Shown in pieces: positions 20,260 to 34,098 of a DNA stretch of 64,000 nt. Numbering within the stretch: the first letter of the stretch is position 1; each line of letters begins with the position of its first letter. The position numbers and the translations under genes were made by a program. The notes under the pieces were generated by a model. The model saw only the letters and a list, made by a program, of their open reading frames with translations. It searched no databases and was not told where the DNA came from. The stretch lies in assembly GCF_009914755.1 (NCBI RefSeq), contig NC_060933.1, one strand, 5' to 3'. Source of the DNA: the human T2T-CHM13v2.0 reference genome, Homo sapiens.

Positions 20260-20731
20260 GCGTGAAAGGAAGCAAGTTACACTGCGCCATCTTATCCACA
20301 TGGATTTCATGAAAGGGCCCGATAACTTATTAAAATCCATCCTCTCTTCTCCGGACTCTTAATATTGAGAACTGAAACCATTTACTCCTACACAGCTTAC
20401 TATCTACGTTAACATGACTTTAATTTCAATTGTCTTCACATCCCAAGACTTTGTGCTCCTGGCTTCAAAACGACCTCTTTTCTTTTTTCACCAATCCTAA
20501 TATTCTATCATAGCCCTTACCCTATCCTAATTAAGCCCTCTCTATTGCACTCACCCCTGCTCTGACAGACCTGCCTTAAACTAGACTTCAAAATCTGAAT
20601 AAATCAAATCTTGTTCATTCTCCTCCAAGAAACTACCATATTATGTCTCCCTTATCACTGTAAGAAATAAAATAATCTTTTTCTTATCAATAAGTTGTTC
20701 TGGTAATATTTAGGGACTTGGAATTTGATCA
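20260..20731 (+). mobile_element. Probable old ERV solo LTR (family uncertain)
   Basis: LTR-like 3' end with AATAAA followed by CTTATCAA...GGTAATATTTAGGG. Confidence 0.4.
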
Positions 20732-22046
20732 GTTTCCTGATATTATTTCCTACAGATTACAGAAAATGTAATACTGCATTGGGAGGGCAGTGACTTAATA
20801 ACCTCAAGCTTCCCTTATAAAGAATATCAAATAAAGTGAATAGCGGTTTCTGGAATACAACCTGAACTCCAGTTTAACTTTTTAATTGATGTATAATGTT
20901 GCCTTTCCTGTTCTAGCCCATTTGTAATTTTTAGGTATCATTAAAACTTTTCTTAGACCAGTAAAACTCTCCATCTACTTGCTGAAATTTCTGCTCTATA
21001 TTTTTTAGCATAGACTTTGAGATAGTTTTTAAACACTGCCTCCAAGAAGGCAGCAGCTAGTGGGTTTGACAGCTATTTCCTCTGTGCTCGAGTCAGTGCC
21101 AGAGTAGCTTCTGTAGGTAATCTCCCTGCATGGCTGGCTGGCAATATCATTTTGATATAAGATATTCTCTAAGGAAGAGTTTCCATAAATAGGCTTGCTG
21201 CTAGAGCTGGTGGAGGCGTCTTGCCTAGTAATTAAGTTTTCTTGTACAAGGAGTTATATGGTTTTGTATGTGCACAAGTGAAAGTGCATAAGACATGCGT
21301 GGGCAGGTATGCTTTCAACTGTTAGTGATGTTCTCAACTAGGAGTTCATGCTTCAGGGAGTAGGAAATGATTGCTTATTCTACCATTTCAGAATTTGCAT
21401 AATATATCTGGGGAAAATATTTTTAAATGTACTATGACCTTTTTATCTTGTAAGGAGTGAAGGAAATCCTTATCCTATTCCAATTTGAATTATGTTCAGC
21501 CTCAAACGGTACCATAAGATGGTATGGTAGATGCAGGGAGACAGCACTGTTAACACATAGTTCACATGCATAGTCTGAAAGTGTCTGTTTTCTGACCTTT
21601 AATTTTCCATGACCAGGACAGTATTATACACAGCTATTTCTTAACATAAACTTATCTGACGATTTCCACTGTCCTGCTTTTGTGCTCCAGATCTTTAACA
21701 GGTGGCAAAGAAGACAAATATGATGAGACCACATGAATGCTGCCCAACTTTTCAGTGATTATTAAGTGCAAATATCCTCCTTGTAAGACATATGTTTTCT
21801 TAGTTTCAAGATAGTGAAAGGACTAAGACCAATTTTGTAGACATACGAGAATACTAGAAATTGAATTACACTAAGGATCATTTATATTGAGTCAACCAGT
21901 TTTTTCTAATGTGGTCTTCTGTAAAATTTAGCTAAAATATTTCAGCTGTTTCACAAGTGTTTGGTTTTAATTTAATTTTGAAATGTGTTTTAGCTTTTAA
22001 AAATGTGAATACACAGCAGCACACAAACTTAAATGTGTCCTCTACT

Positions 22047-22458
22047 ATCTTAGTCTGCTTGCGTTCCTGTAACAAGATGCCACAGACTGGGTAATTTATA
22101 AATAAGAGAGATGTATTTCTTACAGTTCTGAAGGCTGGGAGATCTAAAATCAAGGTGCTGGCAGGTTTGGTGTCTGTTTGGCGGTGTTTGTTGTTTGATG
22201 TTCTTTCTGTATCCAAGATGGCATCTTGCTGTGTGCTCCAGAAGGGACAAATGCTGTGTCCTCACATAGGTGAAGGCAGATGAATAAAAAGAGACAAACT
22301 CTCTCTGAAGGCTCTTCTGTAAGGGCATTAATCCGTTCATGAGGGAGAGCCTTCATGACTTAATCACTTCCCAAAGGGTCCGAAACTCTTAATACCACCA
22401 TAACGGGGGTTAAGTTGCAACACATGAATTTTGGAGGGGAACCATTCAAACCATAGCA
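22047..22458 (-). mobile_element. MaLR LTR (MST/MLT1A-like)
   Basis: CACAGACTGGGTAATTTATAAA...ACAGTTCTGAAGGCTGG; ends CAAACCATAGCA. Confidence 0.88.
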
Positions 22459-24649
22459 TCTACCAATTTTTTAAAACACATTTTAGACTACCAAAGTATT
22501 AATTTTTATACAACTTGGAATAGATGTTCTCCTCTGAAGTCTCTGTGTAACTGAAGAATAACCTAAGAATGCAAGGCTGTAAGGGAATAAATTTGTGTTT
22601 TTCCAAGCCACTAAGTTTGTGGTAATTTGTTTCAATAGGTACAGGAAGTAATACACACCCCCGTATCAAGTATGGAGCTTCTAGGCTTATAGTCTGCCAC
22701 CAAGTTCTTAGGGTGTCAGGTCACCATCCTCCCTACCTGAAGATTTTTATTGCATCCTTCCACCTTTATACTTTAGCCTTTAATAAAATGTGCTTCCTTT
22801 TACTTTGTCTTCCTTTCTGGAGAGGGTTTCCCTTTTATCATGTTTCTTTCTAAAGAGACATTCATCATTCCCATTTCCTGGGACTACATTGGTGGAATGG
22901 CTGCAGGGGAACATAATTAGATATTGGAAACATAATTGTGTATGAGATATCAAGGAAAAATACAGATCTGCATAGCGTTACAATGTTAAAATTACTAGCT
23001 TAATTTCTGTCCTCATACAAGATATGAGCTCTAAGAATTCTGGGATTCCCATGCCTATTTTCTTTACTGCCATATCTCCAACCTCTAGCACAGGGTCTGT
23101 TATCCAATACATAATTGCTAGAAAGTCAAGGAATAAGATGATCAAACCAATGGGTGATGAATGATTGGCACTGGGGTCCTTTGGAGGACTTTGAGCAGAG
23201 GATTGAAGCAGTAAGATTTGCAGGTTATTAAATGTCTTCAAGCTATCACAGTCACCATAAGGAAAGGTCTGTATTATCCAAAATTATATTTATTAAATTA
23301 ATTATCAAGTACACATACTACAGAGGAAGAATTCTCTACTATAAATATTCAAATCCATGAACAGTCTCCTGAGAAGAGCTAAGGAAGCTTCACAAAGTTT
23401 AAACTGCCTTCATTCCCCCAACTATATCCCCTCTTTATTTTCTTCTCCAGGACACTGGGGCCCTTTAGTCAGCTGAACTAGCTAGCCATGGGGACTCTTT
23501 CAGAGCATTTCAGCTGAGATTTGAGTAGCCAGCCCACTCTGCCGTGATATTTGCATTTCATACTAAATTGGTCTATAACATTATAAATTTCACACTCCTA
23601 CATTTCTGTTATAACATCATAATCATAAAAATGACATTTTGGTCTTCTCTTTTGCAAGTGAAATGAACATTTCCACATATAAATAGAGGAGAAAACTTGT
23701 TGGTCATTTTCCTAAAATGTTGAGGGCTTGACGCAAGCCTGAGGTTTAATTTCTCAGTGTCTGGGAGGAGCCACTGGTTTGTGCAGGTTTCTCAGTGTAC
23801 CTAAGAGCTGCTGAGACTCATGCTTCAGGTCTCTTGGATCAGGGGATAACCCGGTTGACTCGTTTTTTGGTAAAACAGAGGGAACCTGAGATCAGACACA
23901 CCATTTGGTGTTTTATCTCCTGAAACGGTTTACCATCTCTTGTTCCTTACCCTTACAGGATTTCCAACAGGCCAGAGTGCTGAAGCCTCTTCACTGAAGG
24001 AGGCACCCAGAATCCTGTGGGCCTAGTGTGTTAAATAAAGAGAGTGCAGGACTTTGTGGCCAGCGCTCACCTCCAGAGCAAAATCAAGAGATACGTCAGG
24101 AAAGGGGCTGGAAGGAAGCAAAGGGGACCCAAATACATTTTCAAAAAATCAGGGACATTTACACCCGGTATTTATGAAGATTTCTAATAATGGTATGATA
24201 GTTATCTTATGGAATTTAGCCATCAGGGAACTCATGTTTGAGCAGGACAAAGAAACTAATAAATTTTTCAAACAAGATCAGGGACATGGAGAGGAGCTGG
24301 CCTAGTTGACCTTGTTGGCATCTTTAAACATTTTTTAATTTTTAAAATTAAAAAAAAAAAGATTCATAAACCTGTTCAGTGTCAGAAGGGTGAGAACTAG
24401 ATTGGGAAACTGCATCCCAATTTGAGATGTATCTAGGCAAGAAGCCAGCCTGGGAAGATATTGGTGGAAGCTGGAAACGAGGGCAAGAAGCCAAACCCTC
24501 AGCCTATAGAACATAAAATTAACTTTTTCAGGGTTATCTTGAAAGGACTAAGGTTTCCATCTCATTCCATCCTAAGAGAAAGAAAAGTGTAAGTCTTTAT
24601 GTTATGAAGGTAAGGGCAGCTATTTCTTCAGACATTGATTGAGGCTGTA

Positions 24650-24770
24650 GAAAAGCCAGTGATCTGCTCCACCCCAGACCAACTGAATTGAACATCTGCA
24701 AGATGGGGCCCAGAAATATGATTTAATGTGTGATTCTCAGGGATGCAATAGGGGTTGAGAAGCATTTGCC
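24650..24770. mobile_element. MER5-like hAT fragment
   Basis: CCACCCCAGACC.ACTGAAT...GGGGCCCAG motif. Confidence 0.5.
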
Positions 24771-25054
24771 TTAGTCATGTGCCTTATCCTTTCCTTCCAT
24801 TTACTCCTCAACCCACTCTTCCAGAAGCGATGGCTCTCATAAGGTTCAAAAATGACCTCTGTGCCAAGCAATCCAATAACAATTTTCCCCCTTGGTAATA
24901 TTCCACCTGTTTACCATTTCCTCCCTTAGTTTAGATAATTTCTTTATTGTTTTCTGTAAAATTATATATACTTATTACAAAAATTAATAATAGAATATAG
25001 ACTTGAATAATGTAACAAGAAAATCACCCCAAATCCCATCACTCAGAAGCAACT

Positions 25055-25364
25055 GTTTTGTTTTGTTTTGTTTTTTTGAGACAGGGTCTCCCTCTGTTGC
25101 CCAGGCTGGAGTGCAGTGGTGTGATCATGGCTCACTGCAGCCTTGGTTTCCCAGGCTCAAGCAATCCTCCTGCCGCAGCCTCCTGAGTAGCTGGGACTAC
25201 AGGTGTGCACCACTGAGCCTGGCTAATTTTTTATTTTTATTTTTAGTAGAGACAAGGTCTTGCTATGTTGCCCAGTCTGGTCTTGAACTCCTAAGCTCAA
25301 GTGATCCTTCCGTCTCAGCCTCCCAAGGTGCTGGGATTATAGGTGTGAGTCACTGCACCCAGCC
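25055..25364 (-). mobile_element. AluJ
   Basis: J diagnostics; TSD ~AACTGTTTT. Confidence 0.93.
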
Positions 25365-25708
25365 AGCAGTAACTGTTTTTAACATTTGCAAAATCCACGA
25401 CTCTCAAACAAAATTGGGCACGAGGGCCTGGAGAAGTATAGAGACCTTTCAAAATAGAACTCCCTGTACTCTCCTACACAGGAAGGGAAAACCTCCCTCT
25501 GAGCTACAGTAATGCTGGTGAAATACCAGCTTTATGAATTGTCTTCTTTTCAAGGATACTAGGATTTGTTCTTAAAAAGGCTGGCCAAGATACCAAATAC
25601 ACATGGCCATTGTATTTACTGATAGCAAAAGAAGCCAACATCCAAGCACCCACACAAACTTCCCCTACTACTAGCTTCAGTTAGTATAGTTTAGCGGTGT
25701 GCTCCCAT

Positions 25709-26444
25709 TGTTAGAGTAGGCAGATAGCCAGACATGAGCAGGAGGGTGAGCCCCTGAGGAAAGGGAGGTCTAGAAAATCTCACACGCCAGAGACCACCCC
25801 AAACATGCATACTAGGTATGAGCAGAGAGGAGGGGAAATAGCTATGCAGAAAGGAACACTCTGAAATGCTACCTTAAGATGCCCAGTAATCGCTCACTCT
25901 GCAGTTAACCTGTCAGAATGTAGCTAGCTACATGCTGATAAGGAGGGGAAGAGAGCAAGGGGAAAAATGTCCTAAGATATACACTGGTGCATTAAGTATA
26001 GATGTGACCACTCTACAACATTTCTGAGGTGGCAGTAATGAGCGATGCAGGTGAAATTCATATCCAACACCGGGCCCACGCACGCAGACCAACTAACAGT
26101 AAGGGAGGCTCCCACAGGCCTGGATGGGAGCTAGGTGGGGATAAAGGCAGGGACTTAAGGCAGAAGTGGAAAAACTAGACAGAGAAAAAAGGTAGAGACT
26201 TAAGACAGAGGTGGGAACTTCAAACTCTGATACCGTGAAAACCTAATGCAGAACTCTCGGGGCTGCTGCTGCTGGCTCATTCTCTGTCAGCAGCCCCCTT
26301 TGCCTCATCTTTAAGAGTGTACTGACTCTCCAAATATACTCTCTGCTCTCTATTTTCCTTCAATAAGTTCTTCTTTTTGGCTAAATTGTCTCTTGGCTGA
26401 TTCTTTCTTCCAAAGGACCGAGGACTCTGCATTTCCCCATAACA
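25709..26444 (+). mobile_element. Solo LTR, LTR18-like (ERVL)
   Basis: TGTTA...TAACA termini, CCAT on both flanks, 5' TGTTAGAGTAGGCAGATAGCCAGACATGAGCAGG. Confidence 0.8.
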
Positions 26445-26727
26445 CCATCATGTAAACACTGGGGCTAATGCCCCATCCCTTTAACATAAGCAATAGAGGG
26501 AGGAGCTACAGAAGCCCATCTTGGCTGGGCTTTGATGTTTAAGGCAGAGAATCTTGAAGTTGGAGTGGGCCAGTGTCAGGAGTTTGGTCTTCACACTGGA
26601 GGAACTCATAGGATGGTATGAGTTCCTATGGCATGGAACTTCTGTGTGGAGAGACTGTAGGAAAATGATGACTCTGTTATTGCATGCTGGGTTTCTTATG
26701 TGTGAAGTAAACAAAATTAAATGGAAC

Positions 26728-27501
26728 TGTCAAACTAAATAACAGAGAGAAACTCTCTAAAAGAAAATATCTATTTAGGAATAGGACACTGCAATAGGCA
26801 TATGCGTGCCATAGTCAACTATGAGCATATTCTGGGAGGTAATGAAAGACAAGGATTTTGCTGTTTGTTTTTGTTTGGTTTTGTGACAGACAGGGTCTCA
26901 CTCTACTGCCAAGGCTGGAATGCAGTGGTACCATCATAACTCACTGCAGCCTCAAACTCCTGGGCTCAAGTGATCCTCCAATCTCAGCCTCCTGAATAGC
27001 TGGGACTACAGGCATGCGCCACCATGCCTGGCTAATTTTAATTTTTTTTTGTAGAGTCAGGGTCTCACTATATTGCCCAGGCTGATCTCGAGCTCCTAGC
27101 CTCAGGCGATCCTCCACCTTCACCTCCCAAAGCACTGGAATTACAGGTGTGAGCCATTGCACCCAGCCAAGACAAGAGTTTTTAAATGAAAAATCAGGAG
27201 GATTACATAATTGTTTTGGGATAATTATCCTTAGCTGCAAAGATCAATAACAAGAGTGATGCCAGTCTGAGGTTGAACAGGCAGTTATTAGGCAGATGTC
27301 CTCACAGAAGCATTTCTCGTGTAAGGTTGGGATGGCCTTTGTGCAAGACTGCAGTTTCTGCAGAATCTTTTGTGATTGTTTTTGTCATCAGGCATTTATG
27401 CAAGAAAGCTTTCTCTTCATAGCCTTCTCTGGCTCTATTTGTTAGAATGTGTTTTATTTTTAAAAAAAAATGACTCCATTTTGATTCTGACAACTTTCAC
27501 A
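26728..27501 (-). mobile_element. Solo LTR, MER4 group (MER65-like), split by an AluJ
   Basis: Element strand starts TGTGAAAGTTGTCAGAATCAAAATGGAGTCA and ends TGACA. Confidence 0.75.
26856..27168 (-). mobile_element. AluJ
   Basis: J diagnostics; TSD AAGACAAG. Confidence 0.93.
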
Positions 27502-27559
27502 AAACAATGCATATAAGTACTTAGCAATCTAAGACACATAGTAAGAGCTGATTAAACGT

Positions 27560-29110
27560 AGCCATCATGACATCCAACATATTTACTTTCTACCAGAGGC
27601 TGCTCTGGGTGTTGGAGACATGGCAATGAACAAAACAAAATCCTTGCCCTCCTAGATCTTATATTTTAGTAAATGGAGACAGAAAATAAACAAATAAACA
27701 TAGTACTATATAATATGTCAGACTCTGATAAAAATATAAAATAGAGTAAGTGAAGAATGAAGAGATTGCTGTTTAAGGAGTGGTCAGGGAAGGTCCGTCT
27801 GAGGAGGTGATATTTCAGCAGAGACCTAAGTGGAGTGAGGGAGAGAGCAATGCCAGTACCTTGGGCGAAAGAAGAGCAGAGGCTATAGCAATTGCAAAGG
27901 CCCCAAGAGGGGCAGGAATAGCAAGCAGGCCAGTGTGACTGGACTGATAATGTCATTAAGAAAGGAGAAAGCTGTAGGAGATGATTTTGGAGTTCCTTAG
28001 GGCTAGATAATGTAGGGGCTTGTAGGCCAAGTTTAAACTTGGGGTTGACTTTGAATTTCATTCTAAGTACGATGTAAAACCACTAGACGGTTGAGCCAGG
28101 ATGTAACACGATCATATTTATGTTTTAAAAGAACTACCCTAAATGCTCTTTGAGAACTGACTATAGGAGTAGAAGTGAAAGCAGGACAATCAGTGCATAG
28201 ATTCATGAAAGCAATTGCAGAAGGCTTGGACTAAGGTGTTTGCAAGATAGTCGGCAAGAAGTGACAAGCTGACAGAATTCACTGATGGAATAGAACTGGT
28301 GTATAAGAGAAAAGAGGGTCAACGATGGCACCAGGGATTTTGGCCTGAGTAACTGGGTGAAAGGAGATGCCATTTACTGAGATGGGGGACACTGCAGAGG
28401 AGCAGAAGCATTCAGTTTTAGAGATATTAAATCTGAGATATCTAGCTGACATCCAAATGGAAATATTGATTAAGTAGTTGCATATATTACTATTGAATAC
28501 AAAGCAGAGGCTGGGTCTGAAGGTAAAAATTCAAGTTATCAGAATATAATAGTATTGAAAATCATGGGAATAGATCAGATCTTGTAGGGTGTGAATATAG
28601 ATTTAAAAAAAAAAAAAAGAAAAGAGGACTGTGGCCAGAGTCCTGGGCACTCCAACATTCAGAGATCTGAAAGATGAGAAGGAGCAGTTGATAGAGAAAG
28701 AAAATCAGGATAATATGGTGCCTCAGAAGGCTTGTTAAAATGTTTTTAGGGAAAGAGTGAGTGATCAAACTATGTTAATGCTGCTCAGAGCATGTAAGAT
28801 GTAGACTGAATTGAATGTTGCATCTTACAACCTGAATGCCATTTGGTGGGCCACCCAAGAGCATTCTAGGTGGAATAGTAGGAATCAATATCTTTGAGTT
28901 CAAGAGAGAATGGGAAGAGAGACAATGGAGACAGGTAGCATAGTTAAGAGTTTTGCTCTTTCTAAAGATAGATAGAGCCACACACTAAGAGGGACTGTAG
29001 AATAAAGGAAGCACTTTTGTGTTCTTTATTTAAGAAGGCATTTTACAGCATGTTTGTGTGCTGAGGGAATATTGGAATGATCTAGCAGAGATTAAGATGA
29101 TGAGGAGATT
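27560..29110 (-). mobile_element. LINE-2 3' region
   Basis: ATGAACAAAACA..CCTTGCCCTC and TTTGGCCTGAG.AACTGG..GCCATTTACTGAGATGGG motifs. Confidence 0.85.
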
Positions 29111-29409
29111 ATTTTCAGTTAAATAATCATGTGACATATCATTGAAGGTACATCCCTATTGATAGGGAGTAGTATCTCAGCAGCAAGACGAAGTGCTTCC
29201 CTGTGTGAAACATCTTGGAAGTACAGTGGTCCTCAAAATAGAAACCTCAAACAGAACCAAGAAGGTAAACTACTTGGCCCTAATTGATGAAAGTGTGGTT
29301 ATGTTCAGATGATTACCACTACATGGAGGCAGACTGAGTACTAGGGAGAACTGGGGCAAGGTTGCCCAGGGATGGGAAGGACCCTGCAAAATCTGTAAAA
29401 GAATCTCTG

Positions 29410-29710
29410 GGCCAGGTGCAGTGGCTCACGCCTGTAATCCCAGCACTTTGGGAGGCTGAGGCGGGCAGATCACCTGAGGTCGGGAGTTCGAGACCAGCCT
29501 GACCAACATGGAGAAATCCTGTCTCTACTAAAAATACAAAATTAGCAGGGCGTGGTGGTGCGTACCTGTAATCCCAGCTACTCAGGAAGGCTGAGGCAGG
29601 AGAATCGCTTGAACCCGGGAGGCGAAGGTTGTGGTGAGCCAAGATTGCAGCACCATTGCACTCCAGCCTGGGCAACAAAAGCGAAACTCCATCTCAGGAA
29701 AAAAAAAAAA
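29410..29710 (+). mobile_element. AluSp
   Basis: GAGGTCGGGAG and CCAACATGGAGAAA diagnostics; TSD AAAAGAATCT. Confidence 0.94.
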
Positions 29711-32180
29711 GAATCTATGACTTGCAAGCCACACTTTTTACATTCATCTTACTTTCTGTGTTTATTTCCCATTTGTTATTTCAGAATACTTGCTAATGTC
29801 TTATCCAGATATTCTAACCTTGTCCAGCTGTGCTTTGGAAAATCTAGCAAGAGCCCTGTGTCCATATGAGCATCAGAATGTTAAAGGGGCATCAGTTTCC
29901 CCAGGAGGTGGAAATTGTAGTCAGGGAAGGTGAATACTTGGCATGAAAATAGTGAGTGGACCACAAATTCCAGGCATTCCTTGCTTCTTATTCAAGTATG
30001 AATACTAAAGGATCTGAATTTTATTTAATCAGGAAGAGTATAATGTCCTTATAAAATCATAAAATATTTTTATCATAATTCTAAAAATCATAAAAATATT
30101 AAAATTTGAAAAACCATAAAGTTTTTATTATTATATAATTCTTATGAGATCACGGGTATACTACCATATTGTCTCTATCATAGAACAAAACTCAAAAATT
30201 TCAAGATTTAACTCTGGAAGAAGACTTTCCAAGCAGGAAGGGGAAGCTTGCCCAAGCAACCCCTACACTCTTCCAAGGTTATCCTATCCTTTGGAACTTC
30301 CTTACCTCAAGAACCATTGTCAACCCCATGGATACAATTTCTTTCTTTCACACTGTGTCAAAAAGTAACTAAAAACTCCTTGTGCCTTTGTAGAGCAGAA
30401 ACAAAATGGACTATTCAAAAGCCTTTTCAAAGAGGTTTTAGTTTTGGGTAAAATGAATTAAGCACATCTCACCCAGCCCCTTCCACTGAATGAAGCTGAA
30501 AAACCTGGACAGAAAACATAGAAGCCTCTGAAAAATAAACAGTAGCAGGTGTATTGGAGAAGAAGACCCAAGTTCAATAGACCACTGAACCAGTGGTGAT
30601 GTTATGCTTTTTTTCCCTTTAATCTCCTCTGACCGGAACTGAAACCAGCCTGCAGTCTAGAAGTGAGTGTTAGAACAGAGAGAACTGGAGCAGAAGCCCT
30701 CTAATTCCGGTTAAAGAGAGGGAAAGCAGTCTTCTAACACTCAGGTAAAGTGTGAAAATCACCTGTGTTTCTTTTATTCTCTTGCTTCTCCTCTGTTTCT
30801 TTTTTTTTTTTTTAAGTGTCCCAGCCCCCAAGCAATGATTTTGGAAGAGGCAGCAACTGGAACTTTCTACTATAATCAGAGGAGCTGAGGTCCCTAGAGG
30901 GCGGGGTGAACCCCTGTTATTTTTTTTCTCTCTGCCCTCCTGCTGCTTGGTCCCGATGGAATCATGGGAAGTGGTCCATAGAGTGGGATAAATAAAGCCC
31001 TGGTTTTCTCACTCCAGGACAGAAAAAGAGAAGTCCCAGGAAAATATAAATATTGGGGAGATTGCAGAGAGGGAGGAGCTTGGGAAAGCAACTCCTCCAA
31101 GTTGTTTATATACTCATGGGCTCACCTCCAAAGTGTACATGCATTGATCTGACTATAAACAGCACTTGCAATCTCTGAAATCTAAACTGTGGAATAGGCC
31201 ACTGCCCAAATCCCATACTGAGCACTTGGTGGTGCACATGCAAGAAAAATCGGAGTAGCACTGCAGAGATTTTTAACAACTGAACTGACATGGAAACACA
31301 GTTCACAGAAGGCTAGCTGGAACTTGTAGTCTGAATCCACCTGGTTCTATTGTCTGCTAAAATTAAAACATTAACGTTATCTATAGGATTTAACCAAAAT
31401 CCAAAGTCCCATAAAATAATACTCAAAATGTCTGGGATACAATGCAAAGTTATTCAACATATGAAACCAGGAAAAGCTCAACTTGCATAGAAAAATACAA
31501 TCAACAGATAATAATGCTGAGATAAGACAGAAATTGAAATTATCTGAGAGAGAATTAAGGCAGCTATTATAAAAATGTTCCAACAAGTAAGGGTGAACAC
31601 TGGAAACAAGTAGGAATAGAACATCTCAGCAAAGAAATAGAGGATATACAGAAGAACCAAATAAAAAATTTCAAACCAAAAAATGTGATAACCAAAATTT
31701 AAAAACTCACTGGCTTGACTCTAGAGCACAATAAAGAAAGCAGTGAAAAATGTCAGTGAACTTGAATATATATCAACATAAATTATTCGATTTAGACAAC
31801 ACAGAATATAAAGATTTTTTAAAAAAGAATAGAGCCTGAGGGACATGTGGGGCAGTACCAAAATGTCTAACATGCATACCATTGAAGTCACATGAGGAGA
31901 AGAGAGAGAGAGATGGTGTATAAAAATACTTGAAGAAACAATGCCCCAAAACTTCTCAAGTTTGGTAAAAAATACAAAGATACAATTTCAAGAAGCTCAA
32001 TGGACCCCAAATGGAATAAATACAAAGAAATTTATGCTCAGCCACATAATAACTAAATGTTGAAAAATAAAGATAAAGAAAAAATTGTGAAAGAAACCAG
32101 GAAAAAAACAACACATTCAAATAGGGCAACAAGATTTCAATGATTGCAGTTTCTCATCAGAAATCATGGATTTCTTGAGC

Positions 32181-32290
32181 ATCACTTGAGGAGGTTGAGG
32201 CTGCATAGAGCTGTGATCATGCCACTGCACTCCAGTCTGGGCAACAGAGCAAGACCCTGTCTTTAAAAGAGAGAGAGAGAAAAAAAAAAC
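32181..32290 (+). mobile_element. 5'-truncated Alu right-arm fragment
   Basis: GCCACTGCACTCCAGTCTGGGCAACAGAGCAAGACCC plus A-rich tail. Confidence 0.85.
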
Positions 32291-32734
32291 TATGGACACC
32301 AGAAGAAAATGAAATGACACCTTTAAAATGCTAAAAGAAAAAATATTGCCAACCCAGAATTCTATAACTAGTGAAAATATTCTTCAGAATTTCTTTAGAT
32401 AATTGTAAACTAAGGCAATTATCTGAGAAGAATAAAAAGGAAGACTAAAAGAATTAATTGCTAGGAGAGCTAGTCTACAATAATTGATTAAAAGAGAAAT
32501 GAAAACAGAAGGAAACTTAGAACATTAGGAATGAAGAAAAAACAAGAGAAATGGTAAAATTCTATGGAAATATTATAGATTTTTGCCCTATTGAGTTGTT
32601 TGAAATGTTTGACTATTAAAAGCAAAACCTATGACAAAACAATTTTTAAAAAGAAGTAGGAGGAATCATATTACCCAATGTCATGACTTACTATAAAACT
32701 ACATTAATTAGGATAGTGTGATGTAGACAAGGTT

Positions 32735-33047
32735 GGCCAAAAGCAGTGGCTCACACCTGTAATCCCAGCACTTTGGGAGTCCGAGGTGGGAGAATCATCT
32801 GAGCCCAGGAGTTAGAGATCAGCCTTGGCAACAAGACAAAATCCCATCTCTACAAAAAATAAGAAAAGGTATCCAGGCATGGTGGTACATGCCTGTAGTC
32901 CTAGCTACCTGCTTGGGAGGCTGAGGTGTAAGGGTCACTTGAGCCGAGGAGGTTGAGGCTGCAGTGATCCATAATCATGTCACTGCATTCCAGGCTGGGT
33001 GGCAGTGAGACCCTGAAAAAAAAAAGAAAGAGAGAGAGAAAGAAAGA
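32735..33047 (+). mobile_element. AluJ
   Basis: Diverged dimer with GA-rich tail. Confidence 0.9.
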
Positions 33048-34098
33048 ATGGAACAAAAGAGAGACTCTAGAAATAGACCTACACAAATAAAGCCATTCAA
33101 TATTTGACAAAGGTACAAAATAAATTCAATGAACAAAGGATTTTTTTTCCATCAACTAGTGTTGATCATCCATATACATGTGGTCATCCATATGCAAAAC
33201 AGTAAAACTTAACCTAAACTTCTCACTTTATAATATTGAAAATTAACTTAAAATGGGTCATAAATCTAGTATAAAATATAAAACTATAAAACTTTTAGGA
33301 GAAAGCCTAAGAGAAAATCTTGTGACCAAGGATTAGAAAATAATTCTTAGACATGATACTAAAAGAATGGTCCCTAAGAAAAAAAAATTGAATTTCATCA
33401 AAATAAAATTTCTTCATTGCAAAAGACATTGTTAAAAAATTTAAAAAAAAACAAGATATTGACTGGGAAAATTATTCGCAAATCAAACATCCAACAAAGG
33501 ACCTACATTTTTAAAAACTTTCAAAACTTGACACGAAGAAAATAAATGAACCAATTTAAAAAATGCCGAAAAGCTCAAAAAGACACTTCACCAAAGATGA
33601 TGTAAGGTTGGCAAATAAGAACAAGATGTACAAGATCATGCACCATTTGGAAAATTCAAATTAGAAAGCACTGACCATATCAAGTACTAGCAAGAAAGCA
33701 GCGCAACTGGATCTCTCATACATTGCTACCAGGAATGCAAGATAGCACAGCCACTCTGTAAAATAGTTTGGTAGTTTCTTATACAGTTAAACATATACTT
33801 TCCAGGATATGACCCATCAACCCCATTCCTAGGTATTTATACCAGAGAAAAGAGAACTTATGCTCACACAAAAACTTGTTATACGCCAATGCTCATAGCA
33901 GCTCCATTCATGTTTGCCAAAAATGGAAACAACCCAAATGTCATTCAATGAACAGATGAATAAACAAACGTCCATCCAATGAATGTATGATAGACCTATG
34001 CAACAGAATAAACTCAGCAATTAAAAGAATACACCCAACAACTTCAGTAAATCTCAAAGGCCTTATGCTGAGTGAAACGAGTCTGCCTCAAAAGGTGT

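Noticed and set aside
25003-25512. 169-aa ORF and similar ORFs (AQAGVQW.., PRLECSG..)
   Set aside because: Translations of Alu sequence.
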